The notes under the pieces were generated by a model. It ran no database searches. It was not told the DNA's origin and saw only the letters and a list, made by a program, of their open reading frames with translations. A DNA stretch of 63,250 bases, the filler included, from an uncultured virus (IMG/VR IMGVR_UViG_2049941000_000294) (lineage: Duplodnaviria; Heunggongvirae; Uroviricota; Caudoviricetes). It is 10 parts of one record of this genome, joined end to end, with 100 filler letters (N's around TTAATTAATTAA, not from the genome) between each part and the next. Parts side by side here need not be neighbours in the genome. Positions count along the whole stretch, not along the records: positions 14,363 to 37,542 come from IMGVR_UViG_2049941000_000294; positions 37,643 to 60,953 come from IMGVR_UViG_2049941000_000294; 8 more parts are not named here. The stretch is one strand, 5' to 3'. A program made the translations under genes and the position numbers. Below, one piece after another: positions 32,719 through 44,257 of this stretch; position 1 is the first letter of the stretch, and each line of letters begins with the position of its first letter.

Positions 32719-33987
32719 NNNNNNNNNNTTACCAGGCGTTTGCGTCGGCTGCAAAGCATGCCGGAATGTCCACCGAAGAGATGGACAGCGCTTTGCGAAA
32801 ATTCAGCGTGAACCTTGGTAAAGCGCGGGCTGGTGACCGTGCCGCGTCAAAGATGTTCGATTCCATTCTTGGAGGTCGAAAACTTTCCGGTTTCAAGGAT
32901 TCGACGTCGTTGATTTCTGCCATTGCTGATGGTTATAAAAAGCTTAATTCCGCCGAACAAAAGGCTTTTGTGACAAATGAACTTTTCGGACGGGGCGGAG
33001 TTAAGATGGCCGAACTTTTGTCCGGAGGTGGCGAAGGTTTGCAGAAGGCCTTGGCGAATTTCGAAGGCGGTTTTTCCGAAGAGGGAGCAAAGAATGCGGA
33101 GCTATTTAACGACGAGCTCCAAAAGACCCAGGAGATTATCGACTCTTTGAAGATTTCGGCGGCACAAGAACTGTTTCCTGTCATTACGGAAATGTTCAAG
33201 TCCGTGCAAAAGTTTGTCAAGGAAAACCGGGCTGAACTTTTGCCGGTCGTCAAGGATCTGGTCGCTCATTCTGTCGAGTTTGTGAAATCTCTGTTGCCGT
33301 TGACTGTAAAACTTTTAAAGTCGGTACTTAAAATATTTGACCTGATTGGGCCAAAAGTCTTTATTATCGTTGGAGGCTTAGTTTCGATGGCTCCTGCGGT
33401 GGTGCAGATTCTGTCAGGGCTTGTAATGATGGCTCCGATTTTAACAAAGATTGGTGTTGTTCTGAAAAGTATTTTTATGTTCGGGCAAGGTTTGCTAATT
33501 GGCGTAAAACTTTTTGTCGGCCTTATTGGTGGAGCTTTGCTGGCAAAAATTGCGCTTGTGACTGCTGGAATTGTGGGGTGGGTGTACGCATTCAGATCCG
33601 TGTACAAGAATTGGGATATGCTGAAGTCATTTCTGAAAGATATTGCTTCTAGCGTCGGAGATTGGTTTGCAAATATCGGCCAAAAAATCAGCAATTTCTT
33701 CATGGACAAACTTTCTGGCNNNNNNNNNNNNNNNNNNNNNNNNNNNNNNNNNNNNNNNNNNNNNNNNNNNNNNNNNNNNNNNNNNNNNNNNNNNNNNNNN
33801 NNNNNNNNNNNNNNNNNNNNNNNNNNNNNNNNNNNNNNNNNNNNNNNNNNNNNNNNNNNNNNNNNNNNNNNNNNNNNNNNNNNNNNNNNNNNNNNNNNNN
33901 NNNNNNNNNNNNNNNNNNNNNNNNNNNNNNNNNNNNNNNNNNNNNNNNNNNNNNNNNNNNNNNNNNNNNNNNNNNNNNNNNNNNNNN

Positions 33988-35086
33988 TCAGTCCTGCCCG
34001 GTGAACGTGGCTGCTGGAGATTCCGCTTCCGACGTTGCGAATAAAGTTGTCGCCGCTATTATGGCAAAGACGAGTTTGCCTGTAACGGCTTCGGCTTCTA
34101 GCGGCGTTGTCACTTTGACCGCAAAGAACAAGGGCGGTTTTGGTAACGGTCTCGATATTCGCTGGAATCACAACCAGGGCGAAACTCTCCCGGATGGCTT
34201 GAGCATTGCTCTTGTCGCGATGGCGAACGGCGGTGCTGATCCGCAATTCGATGACGCTAACGTTGCCCAGACTTGCGCGGGTAACTGGTTCAACATGATT
34301 GTTATCGGTTCTTCCGAAGCGGATAACATTGCCTACATCAAGGAGATGTTGGATGTTCGTTGGACTGCTATGGTCCAGCAGACTGGCGTGATGTGCTTCA
34401 GCCTTAACGGCGGTAACGAATCTGCGTTCACGACAAAGGCAAACGCATTGAACTCCCAGGAGATTGTTCTTGCGGCTATGCCGAAGTCTCCGACTTCTGG
34501 TGCTGAAAAGGCTTCGGCTTTGTTCGGCTGCGTGGCTCCGAAGGCGCTTAACGATCCTGCCGCTCCGCTACACAATTGGGCTGTTGCTGGAGTTGTCGCA
34601 CCGAAACGCGATGACCGTGAAGACTTTGATGGCAACAACAGACTTTTGAAGTCCGGCTGCGCTTTGATGGTTGCCGCTGACGATGGAAGCGTGTTTACGA
34701 GCCGTATCGTGACTACTTACAAGCGTAATGCCCAGGGTGTTCAGGACGATTCTTTCTTGCAGCTTGAAACGGTGCTTACTTTGTCTTACCTCCGCTGGTA
34801 CTGGAACAACTATCTTGCTGGCAAGTACGCCCATGCGAAGCTTGCTCCGGATGGCTCCAAGTTTGGCACTGGTCAACAGGTAATGACGCCGAGTCTCGGC
34901 AAGGCTGAACTTATTGCGTGCTACGAAAAATGGGAAGAAGCCGGTCTTGTTTATGACTCCAAGGGATTCGCAGAAAATCTTGTTGTCGAACTTGATCCGA
35001 ACGACCCGTATGCGATGAATTTCTTGATTCCGGTCCATCTGGTCAAGCAGTTCTTTGTTTCCAAATCCAAAATTGTTCACGACTAA
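33988..35086 (+). CDS. Mu gpL-like contractile tail sheath, C-terminal part (other pieces at 36309-36842, 37643-37735, 60226-60953, all minus)
   Basis: VVTLTAKNKG, RIVTTYKRN and LFGAGSQLA motifs. Confidence 0.92.
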
Positions 35087-35098
35087 GGAGGCCTGAAA

Positions 35099-35476
35099 AT
35101 GGACGAAATTGATGTTGTTGGTGGCGAATACGAATTCAAAATCAACGGTTTTCAGTACAACTTAAAAGGTCATCCGAACATTGAATATGGCGGTAAGCAT
35201 TACGAGCCGGTTATCGGTCCGGGCGGCGTGCATCTTGGCGACAAGTGCGTCGGAGAAAGCCCGAGCAAGATTTCCTTGACGCTTGTTGACCTGAACTCTC
35301 TTGATATCGTCGAACTTCAGCAGACGCGCAATGCGACCATTACGCTCAAGAAGCCGAACGGCAAGACATTCGTGATGAAGCATGCTTCCTGCAGCGCTCC
35401 GATTACTGAGAATTGCGAGGATGGCGAAGTCGCGGTTGAATTTTCCGCAGGTCCTGCGAATGACCAGAAATCGTAG
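35099..35476 (+). CDS. Mu gpM-like tail tube (second copy at 35774-36046, minus)
   Basis: 125 aa, directly after the sheath. Confidence 0.85.
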   Translation: MDEIDVVGGEYEFKINGFQYNLKGHPNIEYGGKHYEPVIGPGGVHLGDKCVGESPSKISLTLVDLNSLDIVELQQTRNATITLKKPNGKTFVMKHASCSAPITENCEDGEVAVEFSAGPANDQKS

Positions 35477-35497
35477 ATAACCCTTCTTGTCTATGAT

Positions 35498-35578
35498 ATC
35501 CGCACTCGTGGGAGTCCGTTAGAGGTAGCTTGACTGCGTATCTCTAACGCAGGTCTGGGTTCGAGTCCCGGATGCGGC
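35498..35578 (+). ncRNA. tRNA-like structured element after the tail tube gene (partial second copy at 35707-35753, minus)
   Basis: T-arm CTGGG-TTCGAGT-CCCGG; closing CCGCA/TGCGG stem; no canonical D-arm or anticodon loop. Confidence 0.5.
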
Positions 35579-37738
35579 TTAACTTGTTCAAATNNNNNNN
35601 NNNATTTTCGACAGTGTCGGACGTCAGCAAGTCGCCACGACTTTTGTCAAAGTCGAGGTCGAAATATCCGTCACTTCTGCGATACAAAGCAAGGTCNNNN
35701 NNNNNNCGATATGCAGTCAAGCTATCTCCAACGGACTCCCACGAGTGCGGATATCATAGACAAGAGGGGTTATCTACGATTTCTGGTCATTCGCAGGACC
35801 TGCGGAAAATTCAACCGCGACTTCGCCATCCTCGCAATTCTCAGTAATCGGAGCACTGCAGGAAGCATTTCTCATCACGAACGTCTTGCCGTTCGGCTTC
35901 TTGAGCGTAACGGTCGCATTGCGCGTCTGCTGAAGTTCGACGATATCAAGAGAATTCAGGTCAACAAGCGTCAAGGAAATCTTGCTCGGGCTTTCGCCGA
36001 CGCACTTGTCGCCAAGATGCACGCCGCCCGGACCGATAACCGGCTCNNNNNNNNNNNNNNNNNNNNNNNNNNNNNNNNNNNNNNNNNNNNNNNNNNNNNN
36101 NNNNNNNNNNNNNNNNNNNNNNNNNNNNNNNNNNNNNNNNNNNNNNNNNNNNNNNNNNNNNNNNNNNNNNNNNNNNNNNNNNNNNNNNNNNNNNNNNNNN
36201 NNNNNNNNNNNNNNNNNNNNNNNNNNNNNNNNNNNNNNNNNNNNNNNNNNNNNNNNNNNNNNNNNNNNNNNNNNNNNNNNNNNNNNNNNNNNNNNNNNNN
36301 NNNNNNNNGATATCGAGACCGTTACCAAAACCGCCCTTGTTCTTTGCAGTCAAAGTAACAACGCCGCTAGAAGCCGAAGCCGTTACAGGCAAACTCGTCT
36401 TTGCCGTAATGGCGGCGACAACTTTATTCGCAATGTCCGAAGCGGAATCTCCAGCAGCCACGTTCACCGGGCAGGACTGGCCGGAAATCATCAGACGGAT
36501 GGTACCGTTTACGGCAAGAGTAGCCGGGGTTCCGGAGCCCGCAACGGTAAACGTCAAAGTACCCGTCGCCGCCGCCGAAGTGGAATCGTCAGCAATCGGC
36601 AGCGCCCAGAGTTCCACCGACTTGGAATTCTTGCGGAAAGCCTTGATCATCAAGGCAAGCTGAGAACCAGCGCCAAACAGTGCGTCTGCCTGTTCGTCGC
36701 TCGTGATCAAAGTAAGAGAACCGTTTTCACTCATCTTAGAGAGAAGCGGCTGGCCGATAATCAAGTTTTTCCAAGGCATTGCGCCGACTTTCGGCGACAT
36801 AGAGCCACCAAATTCCGTCGCAAAAATCGGATACATGTTATCNNNNNNNNNNTGCCTCTTCGAACGCAACAGCCACACGCTCCTGCATCTCGCGGGCTTC
36901 GTCCGCACTGACAAAAGAACTATTGACGACAGACTGAGCTGCCATCGACGCCGCACTCATAACGACCAGCCGGTCGATTTTCGCGTTCAGTTCCGAAGCG
37001 GCAGCTCCGGAAGAATCAGGCGTACCGCCTTGAGACGACATCACCGCAAGACTTTCGTTCACGTAGTCGTTGAAACCGCCTTCCGGATCAACAGTCTCTT
37101 TCGTCATTGTCAGCAACCGCTGAACGCGGGCCGCAAAATCGGCAGGCGTCTGCAAGATAAGCTGAACATTCTCGCGGATCCGCGAAATAGTCTGAACAAA
37201 CTGCGAAACGTCACGCATCGACTGGCGAGCACTCTCAATCTTATCCATCACCATCGACACGTGCGAAGACACGGAATCGACAACAGATTTCGCCTTGCCA
37301 ACGATGCTGAAATCTTCGCTAAATTTTGCTTGTGCGGAATCAAGGTTTTGCTCGGCCTTCGCAACTGAAGAACCGCGTAAATCAACGACGCTCCGGTCAG
37401 ACTTTTTCGGGTCCTCTTCCGGAACAAACGTAGCCTCGCCCTCCACGTACTCATACACTTCGGAGCTGTACTTGAAACGGTATTCAGGGCAGCGGGCGTA
37501 AAATTTGCCATAGTAAGGATGGACAAATTCAAAAGAGCCTTCNNNNNNNNNNNNNNNNNNNNNNNNNNNNNNNNNNNNNNNNNNNNTTAATTAATTAANN
37601 NNNNNNNNNNNNNNNNNNNNNNNNNNNNNNNNNNNNNNNNNNGGGCATCGCTCCGACCTTTGGCGACATAGAGCCACCAAATTCCGTCGCAAAAATCGGA
37701 TACATGTTATCGGCAGGAATTTCGTTGAAAGTCATAAT

Positions 37739-38349
37739 CTAATTCCCTGCGGATTCTTCCGCTGTTTCAGCTTCGGCAAGTTGTTCGCCAGGCCTCAGCT
37801 CCGTTACAAAAGTCATCGACTGACTACCAGTCTTGAGCTCGTTATTCGCACGCAAGAAATCTTTCGTCGCTGCGGACCTGTCGATTTTCGCGGTAAACGA
37901 AACTTCGAAAGTGATCCTCGCTGCTCCGCGCTCTGTTTCGGAGCGCACGGAAAGATTGTTGCTATACGATCGCAGAACACACTTGCTAACCAGACCGCCA
38001 TAAGGACCGACCCAATACGGACAAGGTTCAACAACGGCGCAAATTGCTTGCATGGTATCGTCGAGAAAATCATTCAAGTCAGAATCGGAATCCACACCGT
38101 CGATATTGCTTTCGTTACTCAAAAAACTACGTGCATATATTTCGATGTACATTTCCGATTTGGCATAATAAAAACGGGGACTCGTATCTTTATCGTCAAA
38201 GTCGATGTTAGGTACATTGACGATGATAAAAGACTGCTCTTCAGGCCAGGCTTTCTTTTTTCGCGAAGCGGAAACGTTCGAGCCTATTCCGGTAAGGTTA
38301 GCCGTCTTGAGAGTATTGACAACGGCATGGCGAAACGCCTTGATGCAAT
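37739..38349 (-). CDS. Tail terminator/completion-like protein upstream of the sheath, partial
   Basis: Open frame ending 3 nt before the sheath ATG at 37735. Confidence 0.55.
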
Positions 38350-38468
38350 NNNNNNNNNNGTAAACACTAACTGCAAAAACGATATTCGTCTTGAGAGATT
38401 AAGAGAGCGGCTGAATTCGGAAATTCCGGAGGAAGCCTTTAAAACACCACAATCAAGGAGATGATGAT

Positions 38469-38975
38469 ATGGTGTATCAAGACGACAACAAAGAGTACGC
38501 CTCTAAAGGCGTCGGTACTGCCGGTCTTACGACCGGTATCATCGGAACTGTCCTCGGTTCCGGAATTCTTAACAATGGCATTGCTGGCATTTTCGGCGGT
38601 AACCAAAATCCGACTGCAAGCCCTGTGTATCAGTTGGCTCAGAAGGATAACGAAATCGCACTGCTCAAAGCTCAGCAGTATTCGGACAACAAGTTTTTCG
38701 CTTTGTCCGAAAAAGTTGCAGGGCTTGAGACGAAGATTGTTGCAATCGAAACTGCTGCACCGCTTCGCGACAAGATTCTGTCTGACAGTATCTTGAATTT
38801 GCAAAAGCAGATGTCTGAAATCTCTGTGCGTAGGGTCCCGAACTACGCACTTGATCCGGGATATGGCCCTGCGTTCGTTGCCCCGATGCCGCCTCCGGGC
38901 TACGCATTGCAGCCTATCGTGCAGAACGGCACTACAGTCACTCCGGCCGCGACTACTACGGCTCAGGCTGCATAG
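38469..38975 (+). CDS. Hypothetical protein with Gly-zipper membrane segment and coiled coil
   Basis: YASKGVGTAGLTTGIIGTVLG; AAGGAG RBS. Confidence 0.75.
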   Translation: MVYQDDNKEYASKGVGTAGLTTGIIGTVLGSGILNNGIAGIFGGNQNPTASPVYQLAQKDNEIALLKAQQYSDNKFFALSEKVAGLETKIVAIETAAPLRDKILSDSILNLQKQMSEISVRRVPNYALDPGYGPAFVAPMPPPGYALQPIVQNGTTVTPAATTTAQAA

Positions 38976-38989
38976 TGTGGAGGTGATGC

Positions 38990-39588
38990 ATGCTTATTTC
39001 GTTTGACAAGGCTTTCGATGGTCTTATTGCCTTTATGGCCGAACAGACTTCGAAAATAACGGACAACATTGTAAAGTGGTTCTCTATCGGTGGACTCGCT
39101 GTCGCGAAAATCAATCCTGGACCGTTGAAAAATACAATACGTCCTGTGCTTGAAATGCTCAGTGTCTTGCATGATGGGATGGTTGACATCGACCTGCTGA
39201 AGGTTGCTTTCGATGAGGCCTTTAAAGCTGTTCCTGAAATCACCTATCGCAAGTTTGTATTCAACAAAGACGATGCTTGTGGTCTTGTCGCGAAATTGCG
39301 TGAGATCGCTTCTGCCGAAATGCGGCAGACGCAGATGACTGCGTCTGGCACGGAGGTTGGATGATGACTGACAAAATGAAAAAAGTGCTTGAACGCACAG
39401 AAGAAACGCTTTGCCGTCACCTGGAAGACTTGAACGATCAAGTTGATGCAAACGGTGGCCGCATGAAGGATCACAAGGTTCTTGATGGCATCAAGGATGC
39501 TCTTAAGTCCTTGTGGTACAAAAAGGAAATTATGGGCGGTGCTGACGTTGTCAAGACGGCGGCAAAATCGATGCCTGCCATGATGTAA
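38990..39588 (+). CDS. Two hypothetical proteins (38990-39364, 39361-39588)
   Basis: GGAGG RBSs; conserved homologs at 13744-14216. Confidence 0.78.
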
Positions 39589-39610
39589 CTTATCAGTGGA
39601 TTCTTCGAGA

Positions 39611-39643
39611 CGACTTGCAGTAATGCGAGTCGCCTTTTTTTTT
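39611..39643 (+). terminator. Intrinsic terminator
   Basis: CGACTTGCA-GTAA-TGCGAGTCG stem followed by T9. Confidence 0.8.
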
Positions 39644-39692
39644 ATGTGCCTAAAATGTGTCGAACATTTATTTATTATTTACTTTGACGAGC

Positions 39693-40106
39693 ATGACAAT
39701 CGTTGATTATGCTTTGACATTTTTGGGTCGCCCGTACATTTGGGGTGGTGACGGATCCGGTAAGTACTGTGGCGGTTTTGATTGCTCTGGGCTTGTTGTC
39801 GAATGCTTACGTGCTTTTGGCCATGTGGACTGCGATTTGACCGCACAAGGTCTGTATGATTATTTGACTGGCTGTGGTTGCGAGAAAGCAGAATATCTTT
39901 ATTGGAAGCCGTCTGACGTACTCTTTTTCGGCAAAAGCAGGAACTGCATTACTCATGTAGCTATAGCTATTGGTGATGGCCTGATGGTCGAGGCTGGAGG
40001 CGGCGGATCCAAATGCAAAACCTTAGAGGCTTCTACAGGAATGGTTCGGGTGCGTCCGATATTTTACAGAAAAGACTTTGTGGCGGGTTTAAGGATGCCT
40101 GATTAG
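39693..40106 (+). CDS. NlpC/P60 peptidase, probable endolysin
   Basis: PYIWGG, FDCSGLV and HVAIAIG motifs. Confidence 0.9.
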   Translation: MTIVDYALTFLGRPYIWGGDGSGKYCGGFDCSGLVVECLRAFGHVDCDLTAQGLYDYLTGCGCEKAEYLYWKPSDVLFFGKSRNCITHVAIAIGDGLMVEAGGGGSKCKTLEASTGMVRVRPIFYRKDFVAGLRMPD

Positions 40107-40108
40107 AA

Positions 40109-40329
40109 GTATGCACTTTTTTATACACTTTTTAATTAGCGTTTTTCGAAATTGAACGAAAATAAGTAAAAGTGTGTGAAAGTAAATAAATATGATTGTA
40201 TGTGAAAAATACAAGTAATTAAAACAAAATGGCAAAAATGGGCGAAAATAAAAATTTTTACTTTCTTTCGCTCGCAAAACATTATACTTTCGTGATTCTC
40301 AACAGAATCAAGTCTTTAAAGTTGTGTAT
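40109..40329. other. attP-like region: tandem 12-bp repeats, AT-rich spacer, 50-bp block shared with 44787-44836
   Basis: 40109-40133 = 44833-44857; 40280-40329 = 44787-44836, which lies just downstream of the integrase. Confidence 0.65.
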
Positions 40330-40340
40330 NNNNNNNNNNA

Positions 40341-40523
40341 ATGACGTGTAAGTCGAAGTGCAATGCGTCTCTTGGAGCTCCGCGAGATTCGAAGCTTGAG
40401 GCGATTGTTGAAAAGATTAAACCGGCACACATCAAGGTCGTGTACAGTTACGTTATTCGCGTGCTTACCGATATGGACGGAAACCCGATTGTTGATGATA
40501 ACAACCGCATGATTATCGTATAG
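40341..40523 (+). CDS. gp48-like protein, C-terminal part
   Basis: LEAIVEKIKPAH. Confidence 0.8.
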   Translation: MTCKSKCNASLGAPRDSKLEAIVEKIKPAHIKVVYSYVIRVLTDMDGNPIVDDNNRMIIV

Positions 40524-40531
40524 AGGTTATT

Positions 40532-41395
40532 ATGTACTACATAGATACAGATACGGCGACCGAAGAACACGAATTTACCGATGGCGATGAAAGCCAGTTA
40601 ATCCCGGCGACGGATCTCGATGCTGATTTTTTCAACATGATTCAGCGTGAACTTCAGAACGTTGTTCTTGGCGGTGGACTTGTGTTGGACCAGTCGGATG
40701 ATAGCCAAGTTTGGAAAGTGATTGAAAAACTCGGCATTAAATCGATTGTGTCGAACGATGCAGTTGTCGATATCGGTAATTATAAGGGCGGATTGCTAAT
40801 TATCCATAGTCCGAGTAACTTTACTTTGTCTAGTACTATATCGACGAATTCTCCGGTGATAATTATTCCGATGTGGGCGGATGGTTCTCCGGAATCTTTC
40901 AACTTTGTATATAATAACCAAATTCTCACCATAAAGAAAGGCCAGATGATTATTGGCTGGGCATTGAATCTTCCTGGGGTTGGTGCCGTACAGATGGCTG
41001 CTCTTGCTATTCCCGTATTTTTCAGCGGAAAGATGGAATTGGGTAATGTAAATGCCGTTTCGCTGACAACGTCAAAGTTCTTGGATACCGGGTTTGTTTC
41101 GTTTGATTATTCTGACGACGTTGATCCAGAAACAGGAATAGAAGAATGGCGTGCTTGGCAGCTGGCAGAAAATTGGAGTATTGGACAAGTTAAGCGTGTC
41201 TATTGCTCTAATGTAAGTACTGTATGCTATGTATCTGTGTTTTATGACGCTAATTCGCCTTTTAAAAACGTTCCTTTTTATAAGGGCGGCTACAGAGAAT
41301 TTGTTTGTGTTGGTACTAGAAACGTTACTGTCGATGAAACAACCCGTGTGTACGCAATTTTACTTTGTAATGGCGGCTCTTACATGGGAAGTTAA
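40532..41395 (+). CDS. Tail fibre adaptor protein
   Basis: FTDGD...PATDLDADFFNMIQRELQNVV, typical of Mu-type fibre N-termini. Confidence 0.82.
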   Translation: MYYIDTDTATEEHEFTDGDESQLIPATDLDADFFNMIQRELQNVVLGGGLVLDQSDDSQVWKVIEKLGIKSIVSNDAVVDIGNYKGGLLIIHSPSNFTLSSTISTNSPVIIIPMWADGSPESFNFVYNNQILTIKKGQMIIGWALNLPGVGAVQMAALAIPVFFSGKMELGNVNAVSLTTSKFLDTGFVSFDYSDDVDPETGIEEWRAWQLAENWSIGQVKRVYCSNVSTVCYVSVFYDANSPFKNVPFYKGGYREFVCVGTRNVTVDETTRVYAILLCNGGSYMGS

Positions 41396-41412
41396 ACGTA
41401 AGGAGTTTTAAA

Positions 41413-43635
41413 ATGGCTACTGAAATTGAATATGTCAACTACAAAGATTTTGTTGCTGGGCTTGAAACGACGGAGAATCCCGGCGTCGATGATGTAACCG
41501 TTGTCAGTAACGAAACTGACGGTCCGCGTGTTGCTCCTGCCAATACGTCTGCTCTTTCGAATGCCGCGACTGTAAGCGACGTTGCTGCTGGCAATGCTGT
41601 AGAACTGCAAACAAGTGAGGGGAAGAAAAAACTCGATGCTGGAACGCTGTTGCAGGTGACCGCGCAGAACGCACTTGGGAGTATAAAGAACCTATCCACC
41701 ACCATCAACTCGTTCCGCACGGGTGACGTGATACCCGTGGACGGACCGAGCGGCACCGCAAAGATGATCGTGAGCACGCTATTGAAAATAGCGCGTGCCT
41801 CCGTAACGAACACAAACCTCACGGGGGCAATTAGTTTTGCTTCGAACGATACGAATGCAGTAAGAAGTTCGTCTTTTGATTATCCGTGTTTGAGCCTTTC
41901 AATCACTAAAAGCAGTGCAAATTACTATGCGGGTATAATATGCAAGTCAAACCTAAAGATGATCGTAGCAACTGCAAATACAATAATTGCCATTGTGCAT
42001 AATAAACAAAATACACCAGTAACCTTTAATCTTTGTTTTTCGCAGTATGATTATAGTTGGTCGTCCCAGACTCTTGTCACTAAAGTGACACTAAATGCTG
42101 GTGAATTTAAATATGTGCCTTTCGAAGTGAATAGTACATTGAGAGGATGGTCTAACGATAATGTTTCTTTTGTCTGTCGTCTTGATAATGATTGCTCCAT
42201 ATCTTATGATTTGGACTTGTCGCTTTTCTCGGATGTGGATTATAATGGAGTTGCCCCCAAGGCATATTATTCCGAACGAAGTAAAAAGGCCGACGTTATT
42301 GAAACTCTAAAAAGAGTACCACCGGTATATTCATCATTACTCAATGGAGGTTCTTACGTTAGAGGTGAAATTTATGGCGAGTTGACTCCGTCCTCAACTA
42401 CTTTGTATTACTTATCTTTCAATATCAAGACTTACGTTGCCGAAAGTAAAAAACTCGCATTCGCAATAAAAGTACCGGACGGAGACACGGCCAAGTACTT
42501 GAATAAACTGGTTGTTACAAATAGTGCGGGTGACTGGACCTCGCCTGTAAAAACTTTCGCTGATGGAATGAGTAAACTCAAGACAACATCTTTGAAAGTT
42601 TTCGAACTTGACCTTTCCGACATTGCTTATGATGAGAACAATCAGTATTACCTAATGGTTGGAGGGCAATGGGTGTCAGGTACGGCTAGACCAATTTATT
42701 TCACATTCTTCGATGAATCGTATCTTACTGACATCGTGTCAAGTGCGAACCTAATAACCGATGTAAGCGCACCTCTTACAAGCGATTATATAACTTGTTG
42801 GGGAGACTCGCTAACGGCTCTAGGAGGATGGACTGGGGTTTTGCAGACGAAGAGTGGTATTCCGTTGTACAACTGCGGTGTTGGTGGCGAAAATTCGAAG
42901 GATATTATTGCTCGTCAAGGTGGTGATATTATGATGCTTTTCACGAGCGATAACCCGAACATCGTAATTCCCGCGACTACTGATGCTGTAGAAATCAGAA
43001 CGAACAATATAAAAACACTTTTTGGAAATTATGCCCATCCGCTTGCTCAGCCTGGTGGCTACGTGAACCCCGTCACACTTAACGGCATCAAGGGAACTCT
43101 GTCGCTATCGTCTAGCAAATATTACTTTACCCGCAGTGAAGCGGGTGAAGCCAAGACCATTGATAGGGATGCAAGGATTGTGACCTATGGCGATGTAAAG
43201 TATAACTCTCCATATCTTATGATAATCTTTATTGGCCAAAATGGCGGGTGGAGCGATGCTGCTGAACTCATCGACCAGCACAATAAGATGATAGCCCATT
43301 CCAGTGCGAAGCACGTACTTGTTCTAGGGTTGTCGAGTGGTACTACTGAAAGCAGGGCAGATTATGAAGCTGCGATGAAGGCTGAATTTGGGCGGTACTT
43401 TGTGAGCATCCGTCAGTATCTTGCACATCCTATCTATGACGAGAACAATCAAATTGTGTCTTGTTACGGACTTGCGGACGAAGGACTTACTCCGAGTGCG
43501 AACGATTTAGAAAAAATAGCAATCGGTCAAGTCCCGAGCCAATTGCTTGCAGACGGAGTTCACTATACGGACGCGACAAAGACGGTTATCGGAAACATGC
43601 TCTACAAGTATTGTCAAGACCTCGGTATTTTCTAA
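41413..43635 (+). CDS. Receptor-binding/tailspike protein with C-terminal SGNH hydrolase
   Basis: WGDSLT, GVGGE, IGQN and DGVH blocks; shared N-terminal anchor. Confidence 0.85.
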   Translation: MATEIEYVNYKDFVAGLETTENPGVDDVTVVSNETDGPRVAPANTSALSNAATVSDVAAGNAVELQTSEGKKKLDAGTLLQVTAQNALGSIKNLSTTINSFRTGDVIPVDGPSGTAKMIVSTLLKIARASVTNTNLTGAISFASNDTNAVRSSSFDYPCLSLSITKSSANYYAGIICKSNLKMIVATANTIIAIVHNKQNTPVTFNLCFSQYDYSWSSQTLVTKVTLNAGEFKYVPFEVNSTLRGWSNDNVSFVCRLDNDCSISYDLDLSLFSDVDYNGVAPKAYYSERSKKADVIETLKRVPPVYSSLLNGGSYVRGEIYGELTPSSTTLYYLSFNIKTYVAESKKLAFAIKVPDGDTAKYLNKLVVTNSAGDWTSPVKTFADGMSKLKTTSLKVFELDLSDIAYDENNQYYLMVGGQWVSGTARPIYFTFFDESYLTDIVSSANLITDVSAPLTSDYITCWGDSLTALGGWTGVLQTKSGIPLYNCGVGGENSKDIIARQGGDIMMLFTSDNPNIVIPATTDAVEIRTNNIKTLFGNYAHPLAQPGGYVNPVTLNGIKGTLSLSSSKYYFTRSEAGEAKTIDRDARIVTYGDVKYNSPYLMIIFIGQNGGWSDAAELIDQHNKMIAHSSAKHVLVLGLSSGTTESRADYEAAMKAEFGRYFVSIRQYLAHPIYDENNQIVSCYGLADEGLTPSANDLEKIAIGQVPSQLLADGVHYTDATKTVIGNMLYKYCQDLGIF

Positions 43636-43923
43636 GACGATCGATCGTTGGCGTAATGGTATTCGCAAGTGCATTGATTCTAATTTGTCTTTAATGGAAT
43701 ATCCGAGGATTGTGTAATGATAAACGAACACGCAGAATGGCGAAAGTTCTTGCAGCCGCTTGTGACGGGGCTTGTCACCCTCATGGCGATTGCTACGCTG
43801 TACTTGCAACGAAGTGCAATTTAAAAAAAGGTGTAAAAAATGGATTTGTAACGGCTAGATTCTTATGAATGGTCTCCGCTGTGCAACAGCGAAGTTGCTG
43901 TAGACAATCCGTAACGAGGCTGT

Positions 43924-44139
43924 ATGGACATAGCGTCAGTATTCGAAACAATCGGCAACGTGCTTGGCTATCCCGCCATGCTCTTAATCTTTTGGCTTTA
44001 CATCAAGGTAAAGGATACCGAGAAGCGTTTGCAGCAGGGTGACTCCGACATGAAGGAGATGCTCAAACTCATCACCGACATACGCATCGACGTTGCCGTG
44101 CTTCGCGGAAAGAAAGAGGATAGGGAGGGCGAAAAGTGA
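43924..44139 (+). CDS. Small membrane protein (holin-like)
   Basis: One hydrophobic helix and a charged C-terminus. Confidence 0.65.
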   Translation: MDIASVFETIGNVLGYPAMLLIFWLYIKVKDTEKRLQQGDSDMKEMLKLITDIRIDVAVLRGKKEDREGEK

Positions 44140-44257
44140 CCAAGACAATTATCGCATTATCAGTTTGCAACATAATAGGATTGATTTTGATCCTTATTCC
44201 GGAAATGTGACATGGGGTTAGTTTGTTCTATAGTTATTTCTGTCGCCGTATTTTTCT

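Noticed and set aside
35535..35552. Amber-suppressor (CTA) tRNA implying recoding
   Set aside because: CTA is not centred in a valid anticodon stem-loop, and genes here end normally in TAG.
29078..37542. Inverted duplications of tail genes suggesting an invertible tail locus
   Set aside because: Every orientation switch coincides with an N gap, the copies are strain alleles, and no invertase is visible.
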